A model generated the notes under the pieces. The model was not told where the DNA came from and searched no databases. It worked only from the letters and a program-made list of their open reading frames with translations. A stretch of 48,755 bases of DNA from Octopus sinensis (lineage: Eukaryota): NCBI RefSeq assembly GCF_006345805.1, contig NW_021834399.1, forward strand, positions 1-48,755, in the 5' to 3' direction. This document shows, one piece after another, positions 1-11,998 of the stretch. Both the position numbers and the translations under genes were made by a program. How positions within the stretch are numbered: the stretch's first letter is position 1; the number at the start of each line of letters is the position of its first letter.

Positions 1-330
1 CCAAACATCTAGAGTCTAAGGAGTATCTGTAGTCATGGCGTTATTACAAAGGTCTAATTCCTTGTTCCTATTAATTATTATGTTATAGCTCCAGTTGTAT
101 GTCTACTGCCCTCATTTCTATTTGTTAACCATTTTTTCTATGCTTTCTATCTATAGGTGTTGGTGAACTGCTATTTCTAGCGGTTCCCACTCCCTGTCCT
201 GTGGAGGTATCGGCTTGTGCTGGAGTAGTCTTCCTGAGACTGATGGTTCTTAGTTTACTACCTCCCCCATTACAGTGTGTGTTATGTTGGTGTTGGTGTT
301 CAAGTCCTTTCTGTTGTTAACTATTCTTGC

Positions 331-699
331 TCAATCATCTGTCTTGGTATTATCAATATTTCTGTTGGTATGTTCGTTTTTCTTGTCTAATCTATTTTCC
401 CTGGCCCTTCTGAAGTGATATAGTCTTCTTACGTTGTGTGTTGCTATTATCTTCGCTATGTTACGGCCATTGGAAAAAGCGAGTAGCACATAGCACGTAC
501 TGAATATTCTATGGTATGTGCTAGACTCGGGAAAGTGTTTCTCGATCGCAGTGTGAAGCAGCTTCGGAATGTTGGACATTATTTGTTTTCCGAATCCGAC
601 ATTATACCACAGAGTAATCCTGGAATCCCTATTACTTTTGACATTATTAAGTATTGTGTGGTTGTTAATGTTAGGGCCTTTCTTTTTACTGTGGTTCAC
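331..699 (-). mobile_element. Penelope-like element fragment (RT thumb / linker region), degenerate
   Basis: ORF contains 'RITLWYNVGFGKQIMSNIPKLLHTAIEKHFPESSTYHRIFSTCYVLLAFSNGRNIAKIIATHN'. This matches the PLE motif R-x-IIWFNPP...FL.LIDKHFP..H..HKIFNRN.VK.SYS...N...II..HN. Confidence 0.65.
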
Positions 700-1099
700 G
701 TGTATGCCTAGAGTGGTTTACTTCACTTCTAAGGTACAGCGTACCGTGGCTTCTGCTGTTATTTCCACCAGATCGCAATAACTATAAAACTTTGCTGTAT
801 GTAATTATAAAATATGAGGAAATAAATCTTGAAGATGAACAGGTCTCCGTATTCTACATCGTTATAATTATTGCTAATATATACTCCAGATTATATTACC
901 ATCCAGAGAAGCGAACGCGGAATAACACATCGGAGGAATTTACAGCGCGATTGACAATTAATAGTAGTCATAAACGTTAAATAGTAATCGATGCAGGTAG
1001 CCGTAACCTAGAACGTAACTGAGAGCCACCACGGTATCCGCCAGATAATATATCCTCCAAACTCACACGATATATATTTGATCATGCTGATCTACTAAC

Positions 1100-1266
1100 C
1101 CCTACACATTTTTCTCTCCTCGGTTTTTGTTGTTGTTCTTTCTCCATTTTTTTCCTTTCTATCGAAGAGCGTAGAATCTTCCATTCTTCCCGAGCGTCAA
1201 ACTAATACACCTGCTTGTTGTGCTCTCACCTGTCTTCGGTCTTTTGTCTTCTGTAAATTTGAGCTA
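1100..1266 (+). mobile_element. PLE 3' terminal repeat (pLTR) remnant with partly deleted hammerhead, same family as 30200-30360 and 33470-33655
   Basis: Shares 'gaagagcgtag', 'ccattcttcccgagc', 'aactaatac' and 'gtcttttgt' blocks with the other two copies, and ends at (TA)n. Confidence 0.6.
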
Positions 1267-1268
1267 TA

Positions 1269-1306
<38 letters not shown>

Positions 1307-1342
1307 TTTTATTTGTTTCAGTCATTTGTCTGCGGCATGCTG

Positions 1343-1404
<62 letters not shown>

Positions 1405-1471
1405 GTGTGTAATATATATATATGTGTATATATATATATGTAATATATATATATGTGTATATAAATATATG

Positions 1472-1536
<65 letters not shown>

Positions 1537-1545
1537 ATATACATA
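1265..1545. repeat. Compound (TA)n/(TG)n microsatellite with a short SINE-tail fragment
   Basis: Direct reading of the dinucleotide runs. Confidence 0.95.
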
Positions 1546-1647
1546 CAGCATGCCCGAAGACAAATGACTGAAAAAATAAATAATATATTTAAATGGTATT
1601 ATTTATAGTCTTTATCTGCTTTGAGAAACACAATTCTAGAAAAGTAT

Positions 1648-1690
<43 letters not shown>

Positions 1691-1803
1691 GTGTGTGTGT
1701 GTATGTATGTATATGTGTACACATACACACACGTAATACTAATAATTAGGGAAACGAAGAATTTGAACATTCAGACTCTCCGCTTGGTTTATTTATATTA
1801 ATT

Positions 1804-1896
1804 GTCTGATACGTGTTTCGATCGTATCAATTGCAAATTGCTGCATATTTATATGCAGGGATTTATGCATAATTTGTACTACCTCTTCAGGGTGAA
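1804..1896 (-). ncRNA. Degenerate type I hammerhead-like motif with long stem II
   Basis: Minus strand reads CTGAAGA-ggtagta...(internal hairpin ctgcatat/atatgcag)...tacgatc-GAAAC-AC-GT-A. Stem I pairs poorly. Confidence 0.45.
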
Positions 1897-2059
1897 AAAT
1901 ATGTCATTGTTCAAGGTGTAATTCTCCTTGTTATTAGTTTAAAACAGGCTTGGCAGTGGTAGGAGTTAATCATGTTGTTCAACGATGTGTTGTTATTCAC
2001 ATATTAATATCCCTCCTCTTACTACATATGTGCATATATACAGAGAGAGAGAAAGGGAA

Positions 2060-2616
2060 AGGTCACAAAAGTGATAGAGGGTACTGTCTAGCACCGCTTT
2101 CGCTAGAGAAAGGAGTTAAAGTAACTCAAAGGCTACAAAATCACTGTCTTAATACTTTTGAGTTATTTTAACTCTTACCTTTAACAAGAGCTGTACTAGT
2201 CAGTGCCTGTGTCACTTTTGTGAACGCTATTAATTTGGCTTTAGGTTCTAATTGCTAATAAGCCACCCTTTTAATTTGTTGTTTGCGCTTTTAGCGTTTT
2301 GAAAATCAGCACACGTTTGCAACGGTTTTTTCTTATAAGAGTGATAGAAGTAGCTGAGTTTAACCCAAGGCGTTAAGAGCCGCTGATGAGAATTAAGATG
2401 ATCTACATCAAAGTCCGAAATTGCGATCCGGTTATGTACGCTGGGGACTTACCTTCCTTTGTCAGTCATTAAGACAATGATTTTGTGGCATTTGAGTTAT
2501 TTTAACTTCTATCTTTAGGAAAAAATGGTGCTAGTCGAGTACCCTCCATCACTTTTGTGACCTCTATTAATTTTGCCTTTAGGTTCTAATTGCTAATAAG
2601 CCACCGTTTTTAATTT
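2060..2616 (+). mobile_element. Non-coding PLE/retrozyme-like unit: inverted repeat, tandem direct repeat and hammerhead
   Basis: 2060-2153 is the reverse complement of 2468-2563. 2157-2277 is a direct repeat of 2491-2616. The HHR is at 2378-2433 and the unit is flanked by (GA)n and (CA)n. Confidence 0.75.
2378..2433 (+). ncRNA. Type I hammerhead ribozyme
   Basis: agccg-CTGATGA-gaatt..gatg/catc..aagtcc-GAAA-ttgcga-TC|cggtt. Stem I is agccg/cggtt, stem III is the near-palindrome attgcgat, the cleavage triplet is AUC, and stem II has one mismatch. Confidence 0.7.
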
Positions 2617-2639
2617 ATTACACACACACACAAATGCAT

Positions 2640-3030
2640 GTATATGCAAAACTACTCGAGTTTTCAAAATTCTTATAAGAGAGTTTCACATCCGAACGAT
2701 AAATATCGCGAACTGATAAATAAGCTAAATAAGCAAAACGTGATAACATCGTATTGCACAACAAGCATTTACAGACACCCAAGCCATGCACTACTAACTG
2801 CAATTATAACATCTCTTCATATTGCCCTCCGAAACAGAGCTGTTCCTTTTAGTAATATGTGTGCAATAATAGCTATCAACACCACAGCATCAAATGCGAC
2901 CATATATATTGGGTTAACCCATACACATATTTTGCAATACAAACTGGGTGAATGATACTTCACTTTCTAAACACAGATCGTCATTATAGTCCAAAAATCA
3001 TTCCATATTGCATTAATTGGAAAATATTAA
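2640..3030 (+). mobile_element. Penelope-like element fragment (linker and GIY-YIG), highly degenerate
   Basis: ORF 2638-2955 contains 'HPNDKYRELINKLNKQNVITSYC' and 'TIYIGLT'. A downstream frame gives 'YCINWKIL', resembling the PLE endonuclease C-terminus. Confidence 0.45.
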
Positions 3031-3524
3031 CTTATGTTTATCCATATCAGGCAAACAACAAATCTGGCACACTCCGTGTCGATGAATCTGATCAAATTAC
3101 CTTTTCTAAAAGGTAATTCCTTCTTTCTTTCATTCTCTCTTTCTCTGTCTTTGATATAAATACATATACACACATAGATATATAAATTTGTGGATATATA
3201 CCCATAATAAAGCACAACATCGATGCATGCATATATACATACATATGCAAATACTTATAAATATATGAGCATTCATATACATGCATATATAGCCAGATGC
3301 ATTCATACATATTCATACCCACCCTCACTTCTTTACACGTCTATCGCAAACAGAGATATATACATACGCCCATACATCTATGGATATATACATGCACACA
3401 CAGACACAATTGAAGGCGAACATCATTGAGCTTATATCCGTATTGACATACAAATGCGGACATAACTATACACTCTTACATATGCGTTATTTACATATAT
3501 TTATCCTGGGTTAAAAACTGTATC

Positions 3525-3652
3525 TGGTGGTGAGGCTTCAGTTCAGGAGTTGTGCGGAGAGTGGGATCATCCATTTATTACCATTACTCTCAAGTCTGTT
3601 CTGACCCGGAACGGTAAATGCCAAGAGCCCATCTATAGGCTAAATTGATTTC
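3525..3652 (+). repeat. Short interspersed repeat fragment (Octopus-type), unclassified
   Basis: 'tggtgaggcttcagttcaggag...ccattactc...ctgacccgga...cccatctatagg' recognised from recall only. It is a single copy in this window. Confidence 0.35.
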
Positions 3653-3689
3653 CTATGGATAGAGGAGGCTACAGTTATTTTTGACAAAA

Positions 3690-4730
3690 TCTTAGGGAGA
3701 GATATTCTGACCTGGACGGACACATGCAATATGTACTTGAAGACCTTTTTGGTATTACAATAACCTCGTGACCAACCTGAGTAATGTAGACTACTTGGAC
3801 ATCATTGTAAACCTAGCCACCAACTTCTACAAATCATTTAGGAAAGCCTAACTATAATCTAACTTACATAAAAGGCCTTCCAACCCGTTATCAGTTTCTG
3901 AAACCCTAGTGAATAATTCTGATTTCAAATTGTGGCACAAGGCCAGCTATTTCGGGGTAGGGAGCAAGTCGATTGCATCGACCCCAACACTCAACTAATA
4001 CATATTTTATCTACCCCGAAATGATGACTGGTAAAATCGACCTCGTTGGAATTTGAACTCAGAACATGAAGACGGACACAATGCTGATAAGCGTTTTGCT
4101 CTGCGAGCCAACCATTCTGCTAGTTTGCCGCCTTACTCTAGTGAATAATATTGATAGGAGAATATCTAGCCTTTTGTCTAATAAGGAAACATTTCATAAT
4201 ACAGCATATTACTATGACTTCTAGAATCTGGCGGATTTGATGAAAATCCTACAAACATACACAATACCGCAAAAGAGGTCAACACAGATAGAAGACACGA
4301 AATTTTATTTTTCTATCCATAAACTCGCATAAAACCAAGTCAAATTTAAAAGAAAAGTATTAGTGTGCATAAGCAATTGATCCACGAACCTCATAGAAGA
4401 ATCTTCAGCAAGCATAATCTCAAACCCAGTTTCAGCTTACCCACCAACATGAATATTCTCATAAAAAAGTCAAATTAATAATATCGATGCTCCATGAAAA
4501 TGTAAAAATTCGATCACATGCTTGTTAAATGTCCTGCAAAGTACAATCTGTAGTATACAAGATTGAAGTCACTAACGCTGGAGCTAACTCAGTGAACAAA
4601 AAAGGTATATAAGAATGGGGAAAGGCAAATTCAAGCAGCGATGTAACAACCGCACTGCCAGATCCAGGCATTTTGAAAGCAAATACTCTACAAAACTATT
4701 AAGTCAATGAACAAGCAGTTTAGTTGATCG
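3690..4730 (+). mobile_element. Penelope-like element fossil (RT domains 6-7, thumb, GIY-YIG), interrupted by a SINE
   Basis: Broken frames give 'NLSNVDYLDIIVNLATNFYKSFRK', 'LVNNIDRRISSLLSNKETF', 'HRRIFSKHNLKPSFSLPTNM', 'VQSVVYKIEV' and 'YIRMGKGKFKQRCNN', colinear with PLE ORFs. Confidence 0.7.
3918..4133 (-). mobile_element. tRNA-derived SINE family A (Nin/Deu-domain-like centre) with 12-bp TSD
   Basis: Head 'ggcggc..ctagcagaat', B-box-like 'gagttcaaattcc' and centre 'tcatcatttcggggtagataaaat'. The TSD ctagtgaataat is at 3906-3917 and 4138-4149. Confidence 0.85.
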
Positions 4731-4877
4731 GACAACTGAAAAATACACATGATCGAAATCAACGGAGATCCATTAACATATTTTAAAATTTATGTGTATC
4801 TACACACGCATGCGCACACTCACGCACACACATACATACAAATATATTTATGTATGTATATATATACATATATATAT

Positions 4878-4952
<75 letters not shown>

Positions 4953-5737
4953 GGGAGAGGGAGAGAAAGAGATTGTTAAATGCAGTTTATGTGGAGATAA
5001 TGGTTGATAAAGATGGTGGTTGTGATTGTGTTAATGGAAAGGGGAATTACAGATACTGTAGCTTTTATCATTGATGTATTTGATACATGCGCCTTAGTGC
5101 AAGTAATTTTCGTGTGTTACATAAAGAAACGGACTCTTTTATAGTTTAGATGATTTTAAAAAATATGAAGAGTGATAACGACGTGAGATAACACGAGAGG
5201 AAGGGAGAGAGAAAAGGAGAGAGAGACTGGAAGGGTACTTGAACACCACATCAGATTTTTACTTGTTTATTTTCTCTACAAGTTTATCACTTTTTTGTAT
5301 GAAGTTGACTTTGCCTTCACGTGGGTTGCGGTGAAAGTGGCAGCTGTGGTAATGGAAACAGCTAAGCTTTAAAGCTATGCCATTACCGTGTTTGTTGTCA
5401 CCCTTTTTACCTGATCGTCTCTTTCTATTCCCCACTTATTTTTCATTTACTCTTCCCCTCTATTTTCTTCATCGTTGTCTATTGTCTACTTAGTACGAAC
5501 GTGTGAACGTGGCCCTGTTAAAGAAAGTTTTCAGTTGAAGGGAGAGGAATCTTATATATTTTTTCGTGGTTTTATAAAGTATGGACAATGAAAGGCAGCG
5601 TGAACTAGCAAGAGAAACAACGAGGATGTATGGGAAACGGATAAGACAAGCACAGAAGAATGATTCACAGTAAGGAAGACAAAAACAGCAGCGGGGAAGA
5701 GAAAATAAAACAAAGCGTAATAAGTATTTATAGTAGA

Positions 5738-6120
5738 CTAGCAGTATCGCCCGGCGTTGCTCAGGTTTGTAAGGGAAATAACTATAAAGCATTTTTAGAG
5801 AGTTATAGCCAAAAAATAGCAAAAAAATGGGAAAAAATGATGGTAAATTTTTTTTGAGAGTAAAAAAAGGTGGAGTTGCGTCCCCTAGACAGTTTGCGGT
5901 TTGTGTTTCTGATTCTTGACCCCATGTCGAATTTATCGATTTTTTCAGAACTGGGGGAACTTTTCAAAATTTTCTCTGCGTTAGTTTTGAATTATGACAT
6001 TGTGCTATGTGTGTGTCAAGTTTCATCAGAATCGGTTGAAAGCCGTGGTCAGGGTGAGGGTACAAGCAAACAGACACACAGAAACACGCACAGACAAACT
6101 GCCGTTTATATAGAGAGAGA
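5738..6120 (-). mobile_element. Non-autonomous Helitron
   Basis: Minus strand begins A|TC(tctctctata) and ends with the GC-rich hairpin cctgagcaacgccggg about 10 nt before CTAG|T. There is no TSD. These are the canonical Helitron termini. Confidence 0.8.
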
Positions 6121-6594
6121 TGAAAGAAAAAGTTCAAGATTGAATAGAAAATCAATCTGAATGAAGAACAAGAAAGCTGAAATCGTATAGATGAACCTTA
6201 CAACATTGGTGGCATGAAAATTCTACGTAATCATTATGAAATCCCTTGATTTATAAATATACTTCTGAATTGCTGCCAGAGTAGAAGAATTATGTTCCCT
6301 TAGCTACGGTTTTATCTAGCAGAAATGAAATTTCTTTCAGGAAAATAATGCAGAATAAACCCCTTCCTGTTATATATAATGTGTTGCAATCGTGTCTGTT
6401 TTCTTTACTTAATTTGAAGGCGAGGATTTTATTATGTCAAAGTTCTGGTATAAATTTACGGAGAATTTGGATTGAATGAAAGCCATCCTCATGAAGTATA
6501 CAAGGACACGTGTTCGTACCCGGGAGACAGTTTTATACTTTTCGATCAGTGCTAGGCATAGATTTAATACTGGTTTCAAATTATTGCTGAAGAC

Positions 6595-6682
6595 CATCTA
6601 CCCCAATACTTAACTGGTACTTATGTTATTGACCTCTAAAAATGAAAGTCACATCGGTGGCATTTGAACTCAGAATATAATG
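6595..6682 (-). mobile_element. SINE family A fragment
   Basis: 'actggtacttatgttattgacc..atgaaag..atttgaactcagaa' aligns to the other family A copies. Confidence 0.6.
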
Positions 6683-6869
6683 TCGGAAGAAGGAGAGGAG
6701 ACATTCCAGATATCAATGCGTGACACGTTCTCGGTGTGCCTGTTGCTCATGTATGTTACCGAATTTCAAACAAGAGGCCTGTCACATTGCGACATGCTGA
6801 ATTGATTTTTTTTTTCTTTGTGAAGAAGACAAAATAATTATAATTGCGGATGGCCTCGACAGAAATTCC

Positions 6870-9382
6870 CCCAAAAGTCATTCCGTCGGGGAATCTTGCA
6901 GCAAAATTTACGATACGCCGGCCACGTTGAATTAATAATCTTGCTTCTCTTTGTATGGAGAATGTAAACATGCGCATAAAAACTTTCCAAAAAGCTTCTG
7001 AGGAAAAGAATTACTGAATATATACGGTTTCCCAAAAATACCGAAGACGTAAAAATAGACTTAATGTTCAAGCTAGACATCATTGTGTAACGAATCGCGA
7101 CATAATAACATACAATGCCTTCTTGCTGAAGAAATGTCATGCGCATGAATTTAGAAATATTCTGTTAAAGATATAAAACATATTTTTTAAAATGTCTACA
7201 AAAGTCATGACTGCACCTCTATTGAAATATCAATGTTGCTATTAGTGAACAGTAAAATCATCTACGTGAACACGATGAAATTTAGTTTTACTTGTCCTGT
7301 AGATATGTTTCACCCACTTAAACTATATATAAAATGTATAACAAATCTCACACGGTTTATAGACTTGTCATTCATTTTCCAGACCAACAAAGAGTCTTAA
7401 TTTCAAATGGAAACATCTCTTCATGCAGCTGAACTTCACCGAGGCACAAACGTCACAGCATGGTTTTGTGTGGCTTAAGATGAACAATAAAAATGAAAAT
7501 TCACGTTAGTTCTCATACTCCGAAATTTCTTTTCATTGAGTGTTCAACGAACGTGACAAAAGTGGACAGTTATACAAAGAAAGTAAAATAGTATTTCCAG
7601 CATGTAGTCAGTGAGTTCAAAAAATGTTGAAGAATTTCGTTTCTGCCTAATGCTGCTTCACGTTCCACGTGTAAGGAACTATGAAGAATTGAGAACTGCT
7701 CAACGAGAAATTATGTTAACTTTTAAAGATGTTTACTTTCGGCTAGGATTATTGGAAAACAATAATGAGTTAGAAAATACTTAAGAGGAAAAGTCAACGT
7801 TCAGAATGCCGTGACAACTTAATGTTTTTCATGAATACATGCTTTTGCAATCTTCAAAATGTAGTTCAGCTTTGAAACTATTTTATACTACAAATGATTC
7901 AATTTTTTTTCTTTTTAATAGATGACCGAAAGAAAAGACGCAGAAAATCCCTGAAGTTTTAAGTACAAATGAAACAGGAGAATGGACTACTTGAACTTGT
8001 GAGAGAATTTAGGGATATAAATGAACAAAACCTTCGAAGTTAAATTAAACAATTTGAATAATAAACAACAAAGTACAACAGCCAGCAAAGTGATACATGC
8101 ATTTGAATTGAGATTTCGGAATGTAGTTGCTTTTAAATCGATACTCCAGGAAGACATGGTAAAGCTTATTTAATGAATATTGTCTTTACTAATCTTAGGA
8201 ACCACAACGTGAATGTATCGGGTGTTGCGTAGTCCCGTATTACTACTAAATTACTTTTAAGTGGTGAAACATGACCAAGTATATTTAAACTACTAGCGCC
8301 TTTGATCGATATAAGCACTTGCATTTATAACTCCTGTAGCTGAACAAGATAGTTTCTTAAGAGATCAAGATTTAATTATCAATGGTAAAGTATCCTCTGG
8401 TATCTACTTTTTATTATTCATGTCATCGATAAATGCCATCCAGATATTACTGGTATGAACAGAATTTTCAGAGAAAAGATCGAATTATTGGTTAGGGTTT
8501 GCAGACTAGTGTTACTTAATGTTACGCAAGAAAGAGTGACTATTACTGTCGATATACAACCTCAAACGATCTCTTTTTGAATTGTAATTCACACAATATC
8601 GCCTAATATGAGTCAAAGGACAACAAAAAGAGACATTGCAAGTTTGTTTCCTCTGTCTGGAGATGGAACCACTTCAACTCTATAGTGATTAACATCAGTT
8701 AATGTTGAAGTAAGAGTCTCTTTATGCATTGAAAATTCGTTAATAAATTTTATTTTTAGTGAAACATTTAGGAAAGTGATGTTGTAACGTAATACTTTCC
8801 TCTAGAATCTTCGACTGCATTTCTTTAAACAAAGAGATTTTAGAACTGCTACCACGAAATGGCCAAATGAATTTTAGCGTAGATCAAATAGTAATAATCA
8901 GGTAGATAATGAATACCACACAATATAATTACTTAACACATTAACTCCAACTGGAATGTTACCGTATAGACTGAATCTAAAAATAGGACCAATTGTAATG
9001 CTATTACATTATATACAAATTCAGCAAGAATTTTGTCATGGAACTAGACTAGAAATTACTAACTTCAGCGTAATTGCATTGCAGGTTTGTTAATAAGTGG
9101 TATTTTGGAGGGTAGGCGAGCGTTAATATCTAGACTTAATGGTACATAGTGATTCTAATTTACCTTTTATTCTAGAACTAACTCGGTTTCCTGTTGGATT
9201 AGCGTATTAAATTTCAATTAATGAAGCAATCAGTCAAATATTTCATAAGACATGGATTTACTTATTGCGGCCACAATTATATGTTGCATTATCAAGGGCT
9301 AGGAAATTAACTATGTTTTGTAAGGAAAGCAAAGAGTCAAAAACTGTCAGTAAAACATTGCATACAAGAAAGTATTAAATAA
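6870..9382 (+). pseudogene. Fossil Helitron Rep/helicase (PIF1-like) coding region with many stops and frameshifts
   Basis: Ordered motifs: FP.YRRR, 'VTNRDIITYNAFLLKK', 'SVKDIKHIF*NVYKSHD', 'DEI*FYLSCRYVSP', 'HTVYRLVIHFPDQQ', 'LMLLHVPRVRNYEELRT', Walker A 'IDTPGRHGKAYL', 'TPTGMLPYRLNLKIGPIVMLL', 'CHGTRL', 'RFPVGLAY*ISINEAISQ', 'QLYVALSR', 'NIAYKKVL'. Confidence 0.9.
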
Positions 9383-9840
9383 ATGACATAAATTTACGAT
9401 TTTACGACTAATAGTTATTCTGAAATAACATTGTAACTATCGAAGTATAATTAAATACTGGACGTTGGTGCAAAAGTCGGCATACAGGTGGGGGTGTAAA
9501 AGTAAACATACAGTTATGAAAAAAGAAAACACGTACAATATTTATTTATTTTTATAAAACAAATATCAAAGTCAGCTTCATTTTTGATCGTATTCGTGTT
9601 GTCTGTTTTGCTCTTCATCAATTTGAAACGCTCCTTGAAGAAATTTTTATTTAGCAATTGTAGAGATAATCTTGGTTAATCGAAGAGTTTCAGTGCATTA
9701 TATTACATGTGTAACACTACATTTAGATGTCTTTGACAGATAAATCTTTGCTTCTGAGGTATTTTCCGTCAGCTATATTCATAATCAACATATTTATATT
9801 CCCTCTATTTCTCTCTTCCGCTCTCTCTCCTCTCTCCCCC

Positions 9841-9872
<32 letters not shown>

Positions 9873-10459
9873 TGATCACTCTTAGTCTTGCTGACTAACT
9901 GAGCTGAATATAGTTTGCTGAGGAGGTCTAACAAGGCTGAAACAGATCCCTTTTTTCACCAGATGGCTTTAAGTTCCGGACCACATCAATCTAAATATGC
10001 ATTTTTGGTTTTAAGTATTTGATACCCGATCTTGATGAAATAGTCTACCACACTTGTTTTTAGATTTAAAACAACTGCAGGGGGAATTTTTGTTCACTGA
10101 TTGTGGAGGTAATGCCAGCTGATTGAAGTTTTCCAACTCACTATATTACATATACGTTACCCTATTACATTTGTTTGATTATAAATTGGGTCAGAATTGA
10201 TAATCACCACTTTTTCACGAAGTACAAAAAGAAAAATGAGAAAAAAGGAAAAAGAGAAAATATTGCAGTGAAATGAATTATTTTGTGGACTCTTTGTCTT
10301 TTCTTCACAGTATCTAACTTTATTTGGTTACTTTTTTCTGCCTGTCATTTGTATAGATAAAAAGATCATTCAAAGAATTCACCTAAATTGCAACACAAAG
10401 GTGTAAACTTGGAAGAAAGTTACGATTGTTGTGGTTTTTGTTGTGGTTGTTTTAGTTAG

Positions 10460-10635
10460 ATTTCAGAACTGGTCGTGATGAACAATAATCAAAAACGTCC
10501 CATCTATGGCTATTGCGCCTTTTTTCATGCACAATGCATAAAAGATTACATTAGTCAGTATGTAGTATTAAGATGTTAATGTGTTATCTGAGAGAGATTT
10601 AGTTACTATTTCTAACATCTTGAATGGTCAACCTG
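10460..10635 (+). repeat. Interspersed repeat family D, degenerate
   Basis: Similar to 29577-29745 (+) and 28895-29050 (-), sharing the 'gag.gagatttag.tactatttcta' block. Confidence 0.45.
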
Positions 10636-11584
10636 AATAACCATCATTGGTTCGAGGTGAATTTACAAGTCTCTTTTATTTTCGTTTTCTTTTATGTTCA
10701 TGGTGGAGGTAGGGTGGATATTTATTTGGCAACAATATCTTATCGAGTCTACTGACTAGGGATAGAAGAATAACTGGAAACACGGTGAGGTGAGGGCTAA
10801 TTCCTCGACCCCATTTAACGATTAGCAGACACCATTCTTTATGTAAGATAATAAAGTTTTTATTTAGTTCTCCTCAGTGTCATAAGAAAAGGGAATTGGT
10901 ACAGTAGCTAATTATTCGGGAATTAAAATTGTGGCTTGCCTACGCTTCATACCAAGTCTTTAAGTGGCCACTCGACTTGATAAAAATAATTTGAAATTTC
11001 CCTTATATCAAACTGAACACATGGTGAATCGTTATTTACGTTAGATGTGTTATCGATTATAAAAGTCCCATGTTGCCTCTCAGTATGTACACAAAACTGC
11101 AATTAGCACACACTAAAAAAGAAGCAAAATCACATTTTACTTTATTCCGATTGCATTCAGATCTCACATTCAACTACATGCGAACCGAAATAAGTATACT
11201 CAAAATGAAAAGTCATTTGGTCATGAGAGACATAGTTTATTACAGCAGCAAATTTAAACGTACATAGGTCATGTCACTACGGAGTATACGCTAACATTCT
11301 AAGCTTTCAGAAAAGAAAAGATACATATATTCACTTTGCTGCTCAACTCTTTGAATTTGCAAAAATGTTAGATTTTTACTTTTCTCTGTCAGAATGCCTT
11401 AACTTTTCAATATTTTCATAATAAGCATTGAAAAAAAATTAGGACATCAATCAATCTATAAGAACTGAATCTCGTAACATGGTCGCTTTGATTTCGGAGC
11501 GACTAATTGAGGAATAATTACAATGGTCACATTAAATGGCGTGGAATTGACAGACAATACTTTAGTCTTTAAATAAGCTAAATA

Positions 11585-11965
11585 TATACATACGCACATA
11601 CATACATACATACATAAATACATACATACATACATACATACATACATACATACATACATACAACATACATACATACATACATACATACATACATACATAC
11701 ATACATACATACATACATGCATGCATGCATGCATGCATGCATGCATACATAAATACATACATACATGCATGCATACATAAATACATACATGCATGCATAC
11801 ATACATACATACATACAAACATACATACATACATACATACATACATACATAAATACATACATACATACATGCATGCATGCATGCATGCATGCATGCATAA
11901 ATACATACATAAATGCATGCATGCATACATAAATACATACATACATACATAAATGCATGCATGCA

Positions 11966-11997
<32 letters not shown>
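11585..11997. repeat. (CATA)n/(CATG)n tetranucleotide array
   Basis: Direct reading. It abuts the 3' end of the RTE element. Confidence 0.97.

Positions 11998-11998
<1 letters not shown>

Noticed and set aside
9465-9700. Mariner-like TIR word 'gttggtgcaaaagt' and adjacent sequence
   Set aside because: No partner TIR or recognisable transposase frame.
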